Assembly (NCBI GenBank): GCA_963827955.1
Contig: CAWHDJ010000018.1
Coordinates: 1,181,297 to 1,245,296, forward strand
From: an uncultured delta proteobacterium
GTDB lineage: Bacteria > Myxococcota_A > Polyangia > Polyangiales > Polyangiaceae
Direction: 5' to 3'
Length of the DNA stretch: 64,000 nucleotides
Part shown: piece after piece, positions 47,791 to 58,507 of the stretch
Layout of the letters: the number at the start of each line of letters is the position of its first letter
Position numbering within the stretch: position 1 is the first letter of the stretch
The notes under the pieces: generated by a model
Seen by the model: only the letters and a program-made list of their open reading frames with translations
What the model was told of the DNA's origin: nothing
Databases searched by the model: none
Made by a program: the position numbers and the translations under genes

Positions 47791-49036
47791 TCACTCGCCG
47801 TAGGGGTCCGTCATCGCGGGGTTGGGCTTCACCGGGGTGACCATCGACGCGTGGGTCGTCCTCCCGCCCGCCGCGCCGCCCGGCGGCGTCATGAGCCACG
47901 GCGCCGTCTGGAAGCCCGGGATTGACGGGAAGAGCCAGTTCGGCAGCTTCGAGTAGTCGCCGAAGAGGAACGTCGACCCCGTCCCGCCGAGGCGCCCGAG
48001 CGCGTCGTACGCGTGCATCATCACCTCGTTCGTCGTGACGTTCGCCGCCGTCGCCTCGTTCTCCGCGGCGGACGCCTTGGCCAGCGCGATCCTGCTCTCC
48101 GCCTCCCCCCTCGCGGCGGCGACGGTGGTCGCGGCGTTCGCGTCCGCCTTCAGCTTGTCGATCGCCGCCTGCTCGACCGCGAGCTTCTTCTCCGTGCGCT
48201 TGTTCAGGAGCGCCGAGTCGAGGCGGGCCTTCTCCTCCTCGGTCTCCTTGGCGATCTCCATCTTCTTGACCTCGGTCTCGGTCTGGGCGGCGAGCTTGCG
48301 CTGCTCGGCCTGGGCCTGGAGCTCCATCCGCTTCTGCTCGGTCTGGGCCTGGAGCACCATCTTCTTCTGCGCGGACTGGAGCTGCGAGCTCGCGCTTCTG
48401 CTGGAGCGCCGCGTTCTCGAGGAGCTGCTTCTTGGTGAGCGTCTCCTCCTGCGAGACGATCCGCTGCCGGTAGGCCTCCATGATCTCGGGCGCGTACTGG
48501 ATCTTCTCGATGAGGACGCTGGCGACCTCGATGTGCTTGCCGTGCAGGCGCTGGCGGAGATCCTTCTCGACGTCGTCCTCGATCGCGCCGTTCTCCTTCT
48601 GGAGGTCCGCGTACGAGGTGTGGGCGAGGACGCCGATCGCCGCGCTCCTGAGCTCGGGTCCGATGACCTCGTCGAAGTAGTTGGGCCCGATCTCCGTGTC
48701 GAGGAGGTAGAGCTCGGAGACCACGGGCCGGTACTTGAGCGCCAGGTGGATGTCGAGCGGGAGCTTCTCCGAGGAGAGTGTCTTGATCTCCTCCTTCGCC
48801 GTCGAGTACGTCACGTCGAAGTCGTCGACGCGCGGGCACTTGTTCTCCGGCTCCCAGAAGTAGCACGCCGTGCGGTACCACCCGGGCTGGAGAACCTCGT
48901 GCTGGATGCCCCCGTGCCCGGGATCGAAGAAGAGCGCACGGTGGCCGGGCTGGACCAGGGCGCCCGCGCAGCCGGTCCCCGTCGTGAGCGCGGCGAGGGC
49001 GATGAGAGAGAGTCCGATCGTCGAGAGATTTCGCAT
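47791..49036 (-). CDS. SPFH/band-7 (HflC/prohibitin-like) lipoprotein with C-terminal coiled coil, frameshift near 48400
   Basis: It has MRNLSTIGLSLIALAALTTGTGC (lipobox) and an SPFH core (HTSYADLQKENGAIEDDVEKDLRQRLHGKHIEVASVLIEKIQYAPEIMEAYRQR). The C-terminal coiled coil is in the frame of ORF 47791..48360 (MVLQAQTEQKRMELQAQAEQRK..). Confidence 0.55.
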
Positions 49037-49116
49037 GACAGTACCCATCGCGAGCCGGAGAGTCACTCCGGTCGCCCCTTTTTCTTCGTTGTGATTCAAA
49101 TAGTCGAAAGCAGTCG

Positions 49117-49662
49117 TCAGCGCGTCACGCCAACCGCGTTGAGATCGACCCCTTCGAGCCATCCATCGAGATCCCGCCCGATCTGCATCATGCACTTGTA
49201 CATGATGGGTCCCCCCTTGTCGGCGCGGGCGGCGCCGCTCTGCCGGCAGCTCGCCTGTGTCTGCGCCAGGTACACGTTGCCGGCCCGCGCGTGCAGCGTG
49301 GCGCGCACGGCGACCGAGAAGACGACGCGCTCTCCGTCGTACAGCGCGTCGGCGTTGGTGACCTCGACGAAGAGCTCCCAGCCGTCCTTGCTCGCGGGGT
49401 GCGACCTGTGCTCGCTCGCCCACGGCACGGTGGCCGAGGAGATGGCGTACCCGAGGGCGGACTCGACGTCCGAGTACGTGGTGTCCGAACCTCGCACGGG
49501 CAAGGGGTCCTGCACCGCCGTCGCGCGCGTGACGACGCGGAGTGGGGCCGCGGTCGGGGGCGTGAGCGGGACGCCCGCGGTGCTGAGGAGGGGAATGATT
49601 TGGCGCGAGCCCTCGCACCCGGTGATGAGCAACCCGCAGACGGCAATGGCGGCTGTGCGCAT
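49117..49662 (-). CDS. lipoprotein, hypothetical
   Basis: It starts at the internal M (MRTAAIAVCGLLITGCEG, lipobox); 181 aa. Confidence 0.45.
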   Translation of the reverse strand: MRTAAIAVCGLLITGCEGSRQIIPLLSTAGVPLTPPTAAPLRVVTRATAVQDPLPVRGSDTTYSDVESALGYAISSATVPWASEHRSHPASKDGWELFVEVTNADALYDGERVVFSVAVRATLHARAGNVYLAQTQASCRQSGAARADKGGPIMYKCMMQIGRDLDGWLEGVDLNAVGVTR

Positions 49663-49961
49663 GCCCTGTGTGGTGCAGCACGCATGCCACACGGCGACGA
49701 TGACGGGGGGCGGGCCGCGCGGTCGCCGTCGCCGTCCGCGCGTCGACGTGTCTATTGCCTCGATCGGCTTGCGGAATTCGGTCGAGACACCCGCTCGACG
49801 CGGCCGGCCCGGCACCGTCCGGTTTTCATCCGGGTGGCTGTAAATCAGACGGAGCCCTCGACCGGGGCCCGGGACGCGGTGGGAGCATTTCCCGGTCGCC
49901 GGGAAAAGCTCCACCTGGAAGCTCGCCTCTCTGCCGCCCCGACCGGGCGGCGCGCGCTTCA

Positions 49962-50156
49962 TCAGCAGATGCACTCGGGCCCGCCGTCGGGCAGCTCGAG
50001 GATGCCGCCGTCGGCGGTCTCGGCCGCGACGCAGTCGGGCCCGTACTCCTTGGTGCACGGGTCGTTCGAGCTGGTCTGGGTCTGGCATGCGCCGGCGAGG
50101 GTCAGGACGGCGATCGAAGCGGGGATGACGAGCCGCTTCGTCTTCTTCTTCTCCAT
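49962..50156 (-). CDS. small Cys-containing lipoprotein
   Basis: MEKKKTKRLVIPASIAVLTLAGACQTQ (lipobox LAGC); 64 aa with 5 further Cys. Confidence 0.35.
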   Translation of the reverse strand: MEKKKTKRLVIPASIAVLTLAGACQTQTSSNDPCTKEYGPDCVAAETADGGILELPDGGPECIC

Positions 50157-50234
50157 GCTGAAATGTATGCGTCGAGCGCACCCTCGGATGCAATGGCGCA
50201 TTCGTGCTCCGCCGCCGTCACCCTCCGGCCCGGT

Positions 50235-51488
50235 CTACTCTCCTTCCTCTTCCACCCGGCGGCGCGAGCCGCGGAGGCCGTAGGCGACGATGTAGAGGTA
50301 GGAGAGCGCCGGGAGGACGTACGCCCGGCCGAGGCCGAAGCGGTCGGCGGTGAGGCCGAAGATCACGGGGACGACGGCGCCGCCCACGCAGGCCATGACG
50401 AGGAGGCCGGACCCGCGGCTGGTCTCGTGCCCGAGCCCGGCGATCCCGAGCGTGAAGATGGTCGGGAACATGATGGAGTTGCAGAGGCCGACCGTGAGGA
50501 TCGACCACATCGCCAGGGCCCCGGTGGAGAGGAGCGAGGTCGTCACGAGCGCGGCGGCGGCGGTGGCGCAGGCGGCGAGCACCCGGCCGGCGTCGGCGCG
50601 CCGGAGCACGAGCGCGCCGGCGAAGCGCCCGACCATGGCGCCGCCCCAGTAGAGCGACACGTGACGGGCCGCGTCCACGGCGTCGAGGCCCCCGACGCGC
50701 GGCTCCGCGAGGAGGTTGATCAGGAAGCTCCCGATCGAGACCTCGGCGCCGACGTAGAGGAAGACGGCGACGACGCCGAGCGCCAGGTGCCGTGCGCGGA
50801 GCGCGTGGAGGAGGGAGCCCCCGGGGCTGCCCTCGGCCGAGGGGACGCGCGGCAGGTCGACGAGGGAGATCGCGCCGGCGAGCAGGAGGAGGGCGAGCGT
50901 GATGCCGAGGTAGGGCAGCCGCACGGCGTGCGCGTCGGCGAGGGCGCCGGCGCCGCCGTGCGCGAGGATGAGGTAGCCGCCGAAGACGGGCGCGACCGTG
51001 GTGCCGAGCGAGTTGAAGGCCTGGGTGAGGTTGAGCCGGCTCGGCGCGCCCTCCGGGGGGCCGAGGACGGCGACGTACGCGTTGGCGGCGACCTGCAGGA
51101 AGACGATGCCCGAGGCGAGCACGAAGAGGGCGCCGAGGAAGAACGTGTACGAGGGGATGCTCGCGGCCGGGTAGAAGAGGAGGGCGCCGGCGCCCGCGAT
51201 GGCGAGGCCGGCGAGGATGCCGCGCTTGTAGCCCACCCTCGCGATGACCTTGCCGGCGGGCAGGCTCACCAGGAAGTACGCCGAGAAGAAGCAGAACTGC
51301 ACGAGCGCGCCGCGGGCGTACCCGAGGTCGAAGACCTTCTTCAGGTGAGGGACGAGGATGTCGTTCAGGGCCGTGAGGAAGCCCCAGGCGAAGAAGAGCG
51401 CGGTGACGGCGGCGAGCGCCGGCCCGTAGCGCCTCCTCGAGGCCGCGCTCGCCCCTGCGCTCGCCGCCTGCGGATCCCCGGGGTGCAT
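50235..51488 (-). CDS. MFS transporter, FucP (L-fucose/glucose-galactose:H+ symporter) family
   Basis: The ORF is 417 aa with 12 TM helices. The N-terminal FFAWGFLTALNDILVPHLKKVFDL fits the FucP-family signature. Confidence 0.65.
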   Translation of the reverse strand: MHPGDPQAASAGASAASRRRYGPALAAVTALFFAWGFLTALNDILVPHLKKVFDLGYARGALVQFCFFSAYFLVSLPAGKVIARVGYKRGILAGLAIAGAGALLFYPAASIPSYTFFLGALFVLASGIVFLQVAANAYVAVLGPPEGAPSRLNLTQAFNSLGTTVAPVFGGYLILAHGGAGALADAHAVRLPYLGITLALLLLAGAISLVDLPRVPSAEGSPGGSLLHALRARHLALGVVAVFLYVGAEVSIGSFLINLLAEPRVGGLDAVDAARHVSLYWGGAMVGRFAGALVLRRADAGRVLAACATAAAALVTTSLLSTGALAMWSILTVGLCNSIMFPTIFTLGIAGLGHETSRGSGLLVMACVGGAVVPVIFGLTADRFGLGRAYVLPALSYLYIVAYGLRGSRRRVEEEGE

Positions 51489-51548
51489 GAGCGGGTCTTA
51501 CTCCAGGCTTCCAAAGGACGCCTCCGGTGGGTCATCCTCCGCCGCCCG

Positions 51549-52997
51549 ATGAGCCGACGCCCCGAGCCCCCGCCCCCTCCGCACCCGCTCGAGCTCTCCC
51601 CCGAGGCGATGCGCGCCATGGTCGATCGGGCCATGGAGCGCATCGAGCGCCACCTCGCGTCGCTCCCCAGCAGCCCATGCACGCCACCGCCGGCGGGAAG
51701 AAGCTCGCGCGCGCGCTGCGCGAGCCGATGCCGGAGCGCGGGCAGCCCTTCGAGAAGCTGCTTCGCCTCCTCTTCGGCCGGGTCATCCCGGCGAGCCTCA
51801 ACACCGCCTCGCCGGGGTACCTCGCCTACATCCCCGGCGGCGGTCTCTTCCACGCGGCCGTCGCCGATCTGATCGCCGACGCGACGAACCGCTACGTCGG
51901 CGTGTGCATCGCCGCGCCGGGCCTGGTGCAGATCGAGGAGAACGTCATCCAGTGGTTCTGCGCCATGATCGGGCTCCCCGGCGTCCGCCGGCGGCATCCT
52001 GACCACCGGCGGCTCGCTCGCCAACCTCATCGCGGTCGTCACCGCCCGCCGCGAGCGCCTCCCGCCCGACTTCCTCCGTGGCGCGATCTACACGTCGGAG
52101 GAGGCGCACCACTCGGTGCGAAGGCCGCGCTCCTCGCCGGGCTCCTCCCCGAGCGCGTGCGCGCCGTGCCCACCGACGACCGCTTCCGCCTCGCGCCCGA
52201 GGCGCTCGCCGCGGGCCGTGACGCCGAAGACCGCGCGGCCGGGCTCTCGCCCTTCCTCGTCGTGGCGAGCGCGGGGACGACCAGCACCGGCGCGTCGACG
52301 ACCTCGAGGCGCTCGCCGATCTCGCCTCGCGCGAGGGCCTGTGGCTCCACGTCGACGCCGCGTACGGCGGCTTCTTCGCGCTCACCGCGCGCGGCGGGCG
52401 GCCCTGCGCGGCATCGAGCGCGCCGACTCGATGACGCTCGACCCCGCACAAGACGCTGTTCTTGCCCTATGGCACGGGCTGCCTCGCTCGTCCGCGACCG
52501 CGAGGCGCTGCGGCGCGCGCACGCCGTGCCGGCCAGCTACCTGCCGCCGATGCAGAGCGACGAGGGGCTCGTCGATTTCTGCGAGCTCGGGCCCGAGCTC
52601 TCGCGCGACGCCCGCGGCCTGCGGGTGTGGCTCCCGCTCGCCATGCACGGCGCCGGCGTCTTCCGCGCCGCGCTGGACGAGAAGCTCGATCTCGCGCGCT
52701 GGGCGGCCGACGCGCTCCGCCGCATGCGACGGCATCGAGGTCGTGGCCGAGCCCGAGCTCTCGCTGCTCGCGTTCCGGGCGCGGCTCGCCGGCGACGAGC
52801 GACGCCGAGGAGCCGACGCCGCAATCGCCGGCTCTGCCGAAGGTGAACGAGAAGCAGCGGGTGCTCCTCACGGGCGCGGTGGTGAAGGGGCGGTTCCTCA
52901 TCCGCATGGCGGTGCTGAGCTTTCGCACCCACGACGATCGCATGGCGAGGCCGTGGAGGACGTGCGCACGAGCCTCGCCGAGCTCCGGCGAGCGTGA
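51549..52997 (+). pseudogene. PLP-dependent group II decarboxylase (aromatic-amino-acid/glutamate decarboxylase family) interrupted by about 7-8 frameshifts
   Basis: Segments appear in three frames: MSRRPEPPPPPHPLELSPEAMRAMVDRAMERIERHLASLP; SPGYLAYIPGGGLFHAAVADLIADATNRYVGVC; GSLANLIAVVTARRERLPPDF; FLVVASAGTTSTGA; GLWLHVDAAYGGFFALT; DSMTLDPHKTLFLPYGTGCLLVRD; VNEKQRVLLTGAVVKGRFLIRMAVLSFRTHDDRM. The PLP-lysine HK context (DPHKTL) is present. Confidence 0.5.
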
Positions 52998-53087
52998 CCC
53001 CGGCCCCTCTCCCTTTGCCTCCCCGCCGGCTGGCGCGTATCCTGAAACCCTGCCTCACGTCGTCTCCCGTCTTGCTTCGGAGGTCGG

Positions 53088-54057
53088 ATGAGCCATCGGC
53101 GCGCGCTCCTCGTCCCGCTCCTTCTCCTCGCAGTGGACGCCTGCTCCGCGACGTCGACGCCGGGCCAGCTCGGCAACGGATCGTTCGTCTACGTCTGCAA
53201 CGACCCGACGAACGACGCCGCCTGCGACGGCACGACGGAGACCACGACCGCGCTGCCCGGCGCCGTCGCCGTCGGGGCGAGCTTCATGGTCGGGTACGAC
53301 CCGAGCCTCGACACGATGTCCCTCGACCCGGGCACGCCCGAGTCGGCCACGCCCTCCATCCTCGCCGACGAGGGCGGCGCCCTGCGCTTCCTGGGCGCGG
53401 GCAGGGCGACGATCGTCGTGGAGGGCAACGGCGGGATCGTGGACTTTGCCGAGCTCTCCGGCGGGGACATCGCGACGTTCACAATCGACGTCCAGGCCAA
53501 CGGGTTCGACTGCGACGGGCCCCCACCGCCTTCTCCGGACGCCGGCGCGGGCGGTGGAGGCGCAGGCGGCGCGGGCGCGGGTGGAGGCGGCACGGGTGGA
53601 GCGGGCAGCGGCGGTGGAGGCACCGCGGACGCGGGCGCGACGGACGCAGGCTCGAACGATGCAGGCGCTGCAGATGCGGGGGCGGGCACCGGCGGGGCGG
53701 GCTCGGGAGGCGGCGCGGCGGGTGGCGCCGGCGGCTCGCCGAGCGCCGTTGGCTCGGGGAGCGGTGGGGCTGCCGGGGGCGGCGGGCACATGATCGACGC
53801 CGTGGTGAACATCTCGCTGGACGCGACGACCGACATCACGTGCGACCCCATCGACTCCGGCGGCAACGTGCTCGCCGGAGAAATCGCGGTCACGGCGGAG
53901 AGGCTCCAATCCCACCATCGTGTCGGTCGCTCCGAGCTCGTTCTCGTCGGCGCACGCGATCCAGCTCTGCGGCTGGGCGCCCGGGACGGTCACCATCACC
54001 GTCAGGGGCGGCGGGAAGACCGCGACGTTCCGCGCCACCGTCTCGAGCACTCCATGA
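53088..54057 (+). CDS. lipoprotein with Gly/Ala-rich linker and C-terminal Ig-like (Big_2-like) domain; frameshift near 53900
   Basis: The signal/lipobox is LLVPLLLLAVDAC. The C-terminus SNPTIVSVAPSSFSSAHAIQLCGWAPGTVTITVRGGGKTATFRATVSSTP* is in another frame. ATGA overlaps the next gene. Confidence 0.45.
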
Positions 54058-54452
54058 GCCACCTCCCGCGCCTCTCCGCTCCGCTCGCCGCGGCCGTGCT
54101 CGCGCTCTCCTCCGGCTGTGGGACGGCGCCCTACGACCACACCGAGATCGACTCGGTGAACGCCGACGGGACGACCTCGCCGCTCGCCGCCATCGTCATC
54201 CAGGCCGGCAGCGCCATGGAGATCGCGGCGATCCCGATGAGCGCCGACGGCCCGCTCGGCGGCAGCTTCACCTTCGACCTCACCTCCAGCGACTCCAGCG
54301 TGCTCGACGTCCAGCCCGCCCTCGGCCAAACGTCCCAAGAGCCCGACTTCGTGGTGATCGGCGTCAGCGCCGGGGACGCGCGGATCCTCGTCACCCTCGA
54401 CGAGACGCTGAAGGCCCCCATCCCCGTTCAGGTCGTCCCGCAGCAGCCGTGA
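54054..54452 (+). CDS. lipoprotein with Ig-like (Big_2-like) domain
   Basis: It has MSHLPRLSAPLAAAVLALSSGC (lipobox) and ...DARILVTLDETLKAPIPVQVV. Confidence 0.45.
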   Translation: MSHLPRLSAPLAAAVLALSSGCGTAPYDHTEIDSVNADGTTSPLAAIVIQAGSAMEIAAIPMSADGPLGGSFTFDLTSSDSSVLDVQPALGQTSQEPDFVVIGVSAGDARILVTLDETLKAPIPVQVVPQQP

Positions 54453-54468
54453 CGCTCGCGGGCCCCAA

Positions 54469-55119
54469 TCAGAACGACCAGCGCCACCCGTTCGACCCGG
54501 GGGCCCCCACCCAGCGTGGCAGCGCAGCTCCCTCGCTCGTGCTCGACGCGGGCACCCTCCCGGACCCGTAGGCGATGAGCGGGATCCCCGCCACTGCCCC
54601 CGCGATCGCGACGGCGGTCAGCGCGATGAGCCCGGTCTCGATCCCCTGCGTGCTGCACGAATAGCCGGCGCCGTCGGAGGTGCAGATCTGCGGGCCGACG
54701 TGGAGGAACGGCGCGGTTGTGGCGGCGGTGATCGTCCCGACGACCAGAAGGGCGATCCCGAACCCGACGGCCGTGCCTGAACGGCGCACGGTCAAGGGCA
54801 CGGGCGGCGCCTCCGGCGCGTAAGGCACGTACGGGTAAGGCTGCGCCGCGGGCCACGCCGCGGGAGGCGCGTAGGCGGGCGGGTAGCCCGGCGGCGCGTA
54901 CCCGGGCGCCGGTGCGTATGCGGGTGGCGCGTATCCCGCGGGAGGCGCGGCGGGCAGCGGGACGTACACCGGCGCTGCGGGCGGGGCCGCAGCAGGCGCC
55001 GCTGGGGCGGTAGGCGCGGGAGGTGACGGCGCGACTGCGGGCGGCTCGTCCGCGCTTGCGGGGGTCGCGAGCCCGACCAGGAGGGGAAGGAGAGGAAGGA
55101 TGAGCCAGCGACGGCGCAT
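54469..55119 (-). CDS. Pro/Ala-rich secreted membrane protein
   Basis: It has a signal MRRRWLILPLLPLLVGLATPASA, a PAPY-rich region, and C-terminal TM helices. Confidence 0.4.
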   Translation of the reverse strand: MRRRWLILPLLPLLVGLATPASADEPPAVAPSPPAPTAPAAPAAAPPAAPVYVPLPAAPPAGYAPPAYAPAPGYAPPGYPPAYAPPAAWPAAQPYPYVPYAPEAPPVPLTVRRSGTAVGFGIALLVVGTITAATTAPFLHVGPQICTSDGAGYSCSTQGIETGLIALTAVAIAGAVAGIPLIAYGSGRVPASSTSEGAALPRWVGAPGSNGWRWSF

Positions 55120-55138
55120 GCCCCAGGATAGCGCGGTT

Positions 55139-56302
55139 CTAGGGAGAAGGCGGGGGCCTGTCCGGCGCGGGCGTGTCGATGAGCACCGGCGACGCTCCCC
55201 CCTTGGACGGGCGCTTGGACGGGGTCTCGTCCTGATCCCAGGGCTTCTTCTCCTCCTGGAGGGCCTTCGCGTCGAACGAGGGCGGCGTCTTGGGATCGCA
55301 CTCGGGGGGCGGGCCGAGGCCGTCGGCGTTGAACGTGTAGGTGAGCGAGCCCGAGGCGTCCGGGTTCTTGATCTGCGCCTTGATCCGGACCTCGCGCTCC
55401 CCCTTGCGGGCCTTGGTGCAGAACGAGAGCAGGTAGTAGCGCTGCGCGTGGGCCTCGACCTTCGCCGCGATGCGGTCGAGCGGGCCCGCAATCGCGGCGC
55501 GGTCCGCCGCGGCCTCGATGCCGTCGCGCCCCACGTCGTCGAGCTCGGGGTGCTCCGCGCCGCCGCCGGCGGCGAAGATCTCGTAGAGCTTGTACTTGTC
55601 GTCGTCCCACTCCTGCCGCATCGCGTCCCGGGACACGCGGTTCGCCTGGTCGATGCCCTGGGCGAGGACGACCAGGGTGCCGAAGCGGAGCGGCCGGCGC
55701 TCCCGGTCCAGCGCGCGCTTGAGCTCGCGCAGCCCCTCGACGACCGCGCCGTGGAGGTTGGTCGACGAGTCCTTCGTCCGGAACTTGCGGAGGGCGTCGA
55801 ACGCGTTGGCGGCCAGCTTCCCGTCGGCGGAGAACGGCACGATGGGGTGGATCTTCTCCTCCCCGTCGTAGGCGTAGACGCCGACGCGCTGCCCCTTGCC
55901 CAGGCGCTCGGCGAAGGCCTTGGCGGCGTCGACGATCGAGTCCGGCGCGGCGGCGGTGCTGGTGCCGCTCAGGTCGACGAGCAGGAGCGTGTAGCTCACC
56001 GCGGCGACGTCGGCGCTCTGGAGGAGCTGCTTGGTGTCCTCCTTGGCGATGGGGTTGCCGTCCTCGGAGATCGAGAAATCGTCGGCGGTGAGGCCGGTGA
56101 CCGGCGCGTCCAGGCGCTCGACGCTGAAGAAGACCCACGCGTTGTTGGGCTTCTTCTGTGCGTTCGCGACGCGGTTCATGCTGATCCACCCGCCGCACGC
56201 GGGCAGGAGGAGCGAGGAGGCGAGGAGGATCGCGGCGCGCGCGACGAGGGGCGGTCTCGGGCTCACGCGGGGGGTTAGAGCGGGGCGGCGGCCTGCTGTC
56301 AA
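55139..56302 (-). CDS. vWA-domain lipoprotein
   Basis: The lipobox is LLLPACGG, with TLLLVDLSGTSTAA (MIDAS-like DxSGT) and a C-terminal Pro-rich tail. Confidence 0.55.
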   Translation of the reverse strand: MTAGRRPALTPRVSPRPPLVARAAILLASSLLLPACGGWISMNRVANAQKKPNNAWVFFSVERLDAPVTGLTADDFSISEDGNPIAKEDTKQLLQSADVAAVSYTLLLVDLSGTSTAAAPDSIVDAAKAFAERLGKGQRVGVYAYDGEEKIHPIVPFSADGKLAANAFDALRKFRTKDSSTNLHGAVVEGLRELKRALDRERRPLRFGTLVVLAQGIDQANRVSRDAMRQEWDDDKYKLYEIFAAGGGAEHPELDDVGRDGIEAAADRAAIAGPLDRIAAKVEAHAQRYYLLSFCTKARKGEREVRIKAQIKNPDASGSLTYTFNADGLGPPPECDPKTPPSFDAKALQEEKKPWDQDETPSKRPSKGGASPVLIDTPAPDRPPPSP

Positions 56303-56326
56303 CCGACCCGCTCCGGACGCGGCGCG

Positions 56327-58346
56327 CTACAGGGTCTCGAGGAACGCGGTGAGGTCGGCGATGTCCGACGGGGAGAGCTGCGCGGTGTGGCCGTGGCTCT
56401 CGCCGCCGTTGCACGCGGCCATGGCGGGGTCGAAGCGGTCCGAAAGCTTCGTCGCGCAGCCGTCGTGGAAGTAGGGCGCGCGCGCGGACAGGCCGAGGAG
56501 CGGGGGCACCTGGAAGCTCTCGCCGGTGCCGACGTTCTCGTTCATGTTGTTGGTGAAGTGCGCCCCGCTGTGGCACCCGCTACATCCCACGTCGGCGCGC
56601 ATGAAGAGCTGCCTGCCGTGGTCGATCTGCGCCTCGCTGCCCGTGGGCGAGGGCGGGAAGGACGGGAGCCCGTCGAGCCACGCAGAGGCCGCCGCGACCG
56701 TCTCCGGCTGCGCCTTCGACGCGTCGCCGCCCATGCGCTTCACGAAGATCTCCTGCATCAGCGTGCCCATGTCGCGGATGCTCCCGTCCCAGTGCAGGGG
56801 GACCGTCTCGAGGACGTGGCCGGAGGCGGCCGGCGTCTTGCGGGGGCCGAAGTCGAACTGCCAGACGTGCCCGTCCTGCTCGCCCTCGGGGTGGCACGAA
56901 GCACAGGCGATGAAGCTCGAGGGGCCCGCCTGATGGTTGAAGAGCTCCTGGCCGGGGTCCGCCTTCGAGGCGCCGGGGAGCGCGATGGAGGTCTTGGTGG
57001 ACTCGAAGAACTGCGCGTCGACGACGACGATGGACGCCGGCTGCCGCGTCTGGATCACCCACGTGAAAGGAGACGCGACGGCGACCGCCACCGGCTGCGC
57101 GGGGAGCGCGATCTCCGCGTTCTCGGAAACGCAGCTGCCCGAGGCCAGGCCACTCGAGAGCGCCGAGGCCGTGGAGAACATGACCGCGTTCGCGCCGGCC
57201 GCGGCGACGGCGACGTTGCCGCGCTCGTCGACGGCGACGTCGACCGGGAGGGTGGCGCCGACGAGGCTGGGCCCGGGCAGCGGGATGCGGGGGTTGCCGT
57301 CGGGGTCGAACCACGTGACCGCCGTCTTGACGACCGTCCCGTCGCAGCCCGGCGGGACGGGCGGGAGCCCTCCGCCGCCGGCGCCGCTCCCGTTGCCATT
57401 GCCGCCGTTGTAGCTACCGCTGCCGCTGCTCCCGCCCCCTTGGCCCATGTCCCCCTGGCCCATGCCGTTGCCCCCGCCGGTCCCGGGATCGACGACGGTG
57501 GGCCCCTGCGCGACCGGGGCGCCCGGCAGCGGGCTGACATCGATCGTCGTGTTGGACGCGAGCTGGTGGACGACGAGGAGCCCGCCGGTGCCGTCCGGGA
57601 TCGCCCGCCACGCGACCTCGGGCGTGCTCATGGGGAGCGTCGAAGGCGTCCCTGCGAACGGGTTGCTCGGCGCGGGCGGCCTCTGACGGTTGATGATGTT
57701 CCCCTTGGCGTCGAGGACGAGGACCTCGGCGGAGCGGAAGCGCGTGACCATGAGCTCGTCGCCCTGGACGACGACGTCGCGCAAATCGCGGTCCGGGAAG
57801 CGGAGCGTGCGGACGGGCGCGCCGCCCTTGGCCGGGAGCGTGACCAGCTCGCCGCCCGCACAGGCGACGTGGACGACAGAGGCCTTCGCGTCGAAGGCGA
57901 GGCCGCGGGGCGCCGGGCACACTTCGCTGCGATCGACGACCTTCCCCGCCGCGACGTCGATGGTGGCGACCGCCCCCGCGCCGCGGAGCGCGACGTGGAC
58001 GCGGCCGGCGCCGTCCTCGACGACGCGCCCGGGCTCGTCACCCGGCCGGAGCGCGACGGCCCTGACCGCCCGCGTCGCGATGTCCACGAATCCACACCCC
58101 GTCGCGGTCGCTGTCCGCCGCGACGGCGAGCCCGCTCTTCGTCACGAGCAGCGTCCCGCCGCTGACGGGCACCGGCGGACGCGTCGCGTCGCCCAGCATC
58201 ACCTGCTCGGGGGTAGGGGAGGGGGATCCTGGCGACGTGGCGCCGGGGCTCGAGCTGTCCCCCTGGGTCGAGGGGCCATGGGCACTGCAGGCGGACACTG
58301 CCGCCAATGAGGAAACCAGAAGCGCGCGCGCCGTACGTCGCGTCAT
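56327..58346 (-). CDS. di-haem cytochrome c peroxidase/MauG-family lipoprotein with N-terminal beta-propeller-like region; frameshift near 58085
   Basis: Two CxxCH motifs (CASCHPEGEQDGHVWQF, CSGCHSGAHFTNN) lie in the C-terminal 230 aa. The N-terminal signal/lipobox (MTRRTARALLVSSLAAVSAC) is in ORF 58038..58358, in a different frame. Confidence 0.6.
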
Positions 58347-58507
58347 GAGACCTCCCACCGGCGCCGGTCTTCGGTGCCGCCTCGTCTCCGTGGCGGGTTC
58401 CGCCCGCCGCCATCACGAAAAAGTCGTCACCCGAGGAGAGGAGGGAGCACGCGGCCTCCTCCGGGCGGGAGTGGGGCCGCCTGGTTGCGCTCCCCCCGCA
58501 CGGTCGT

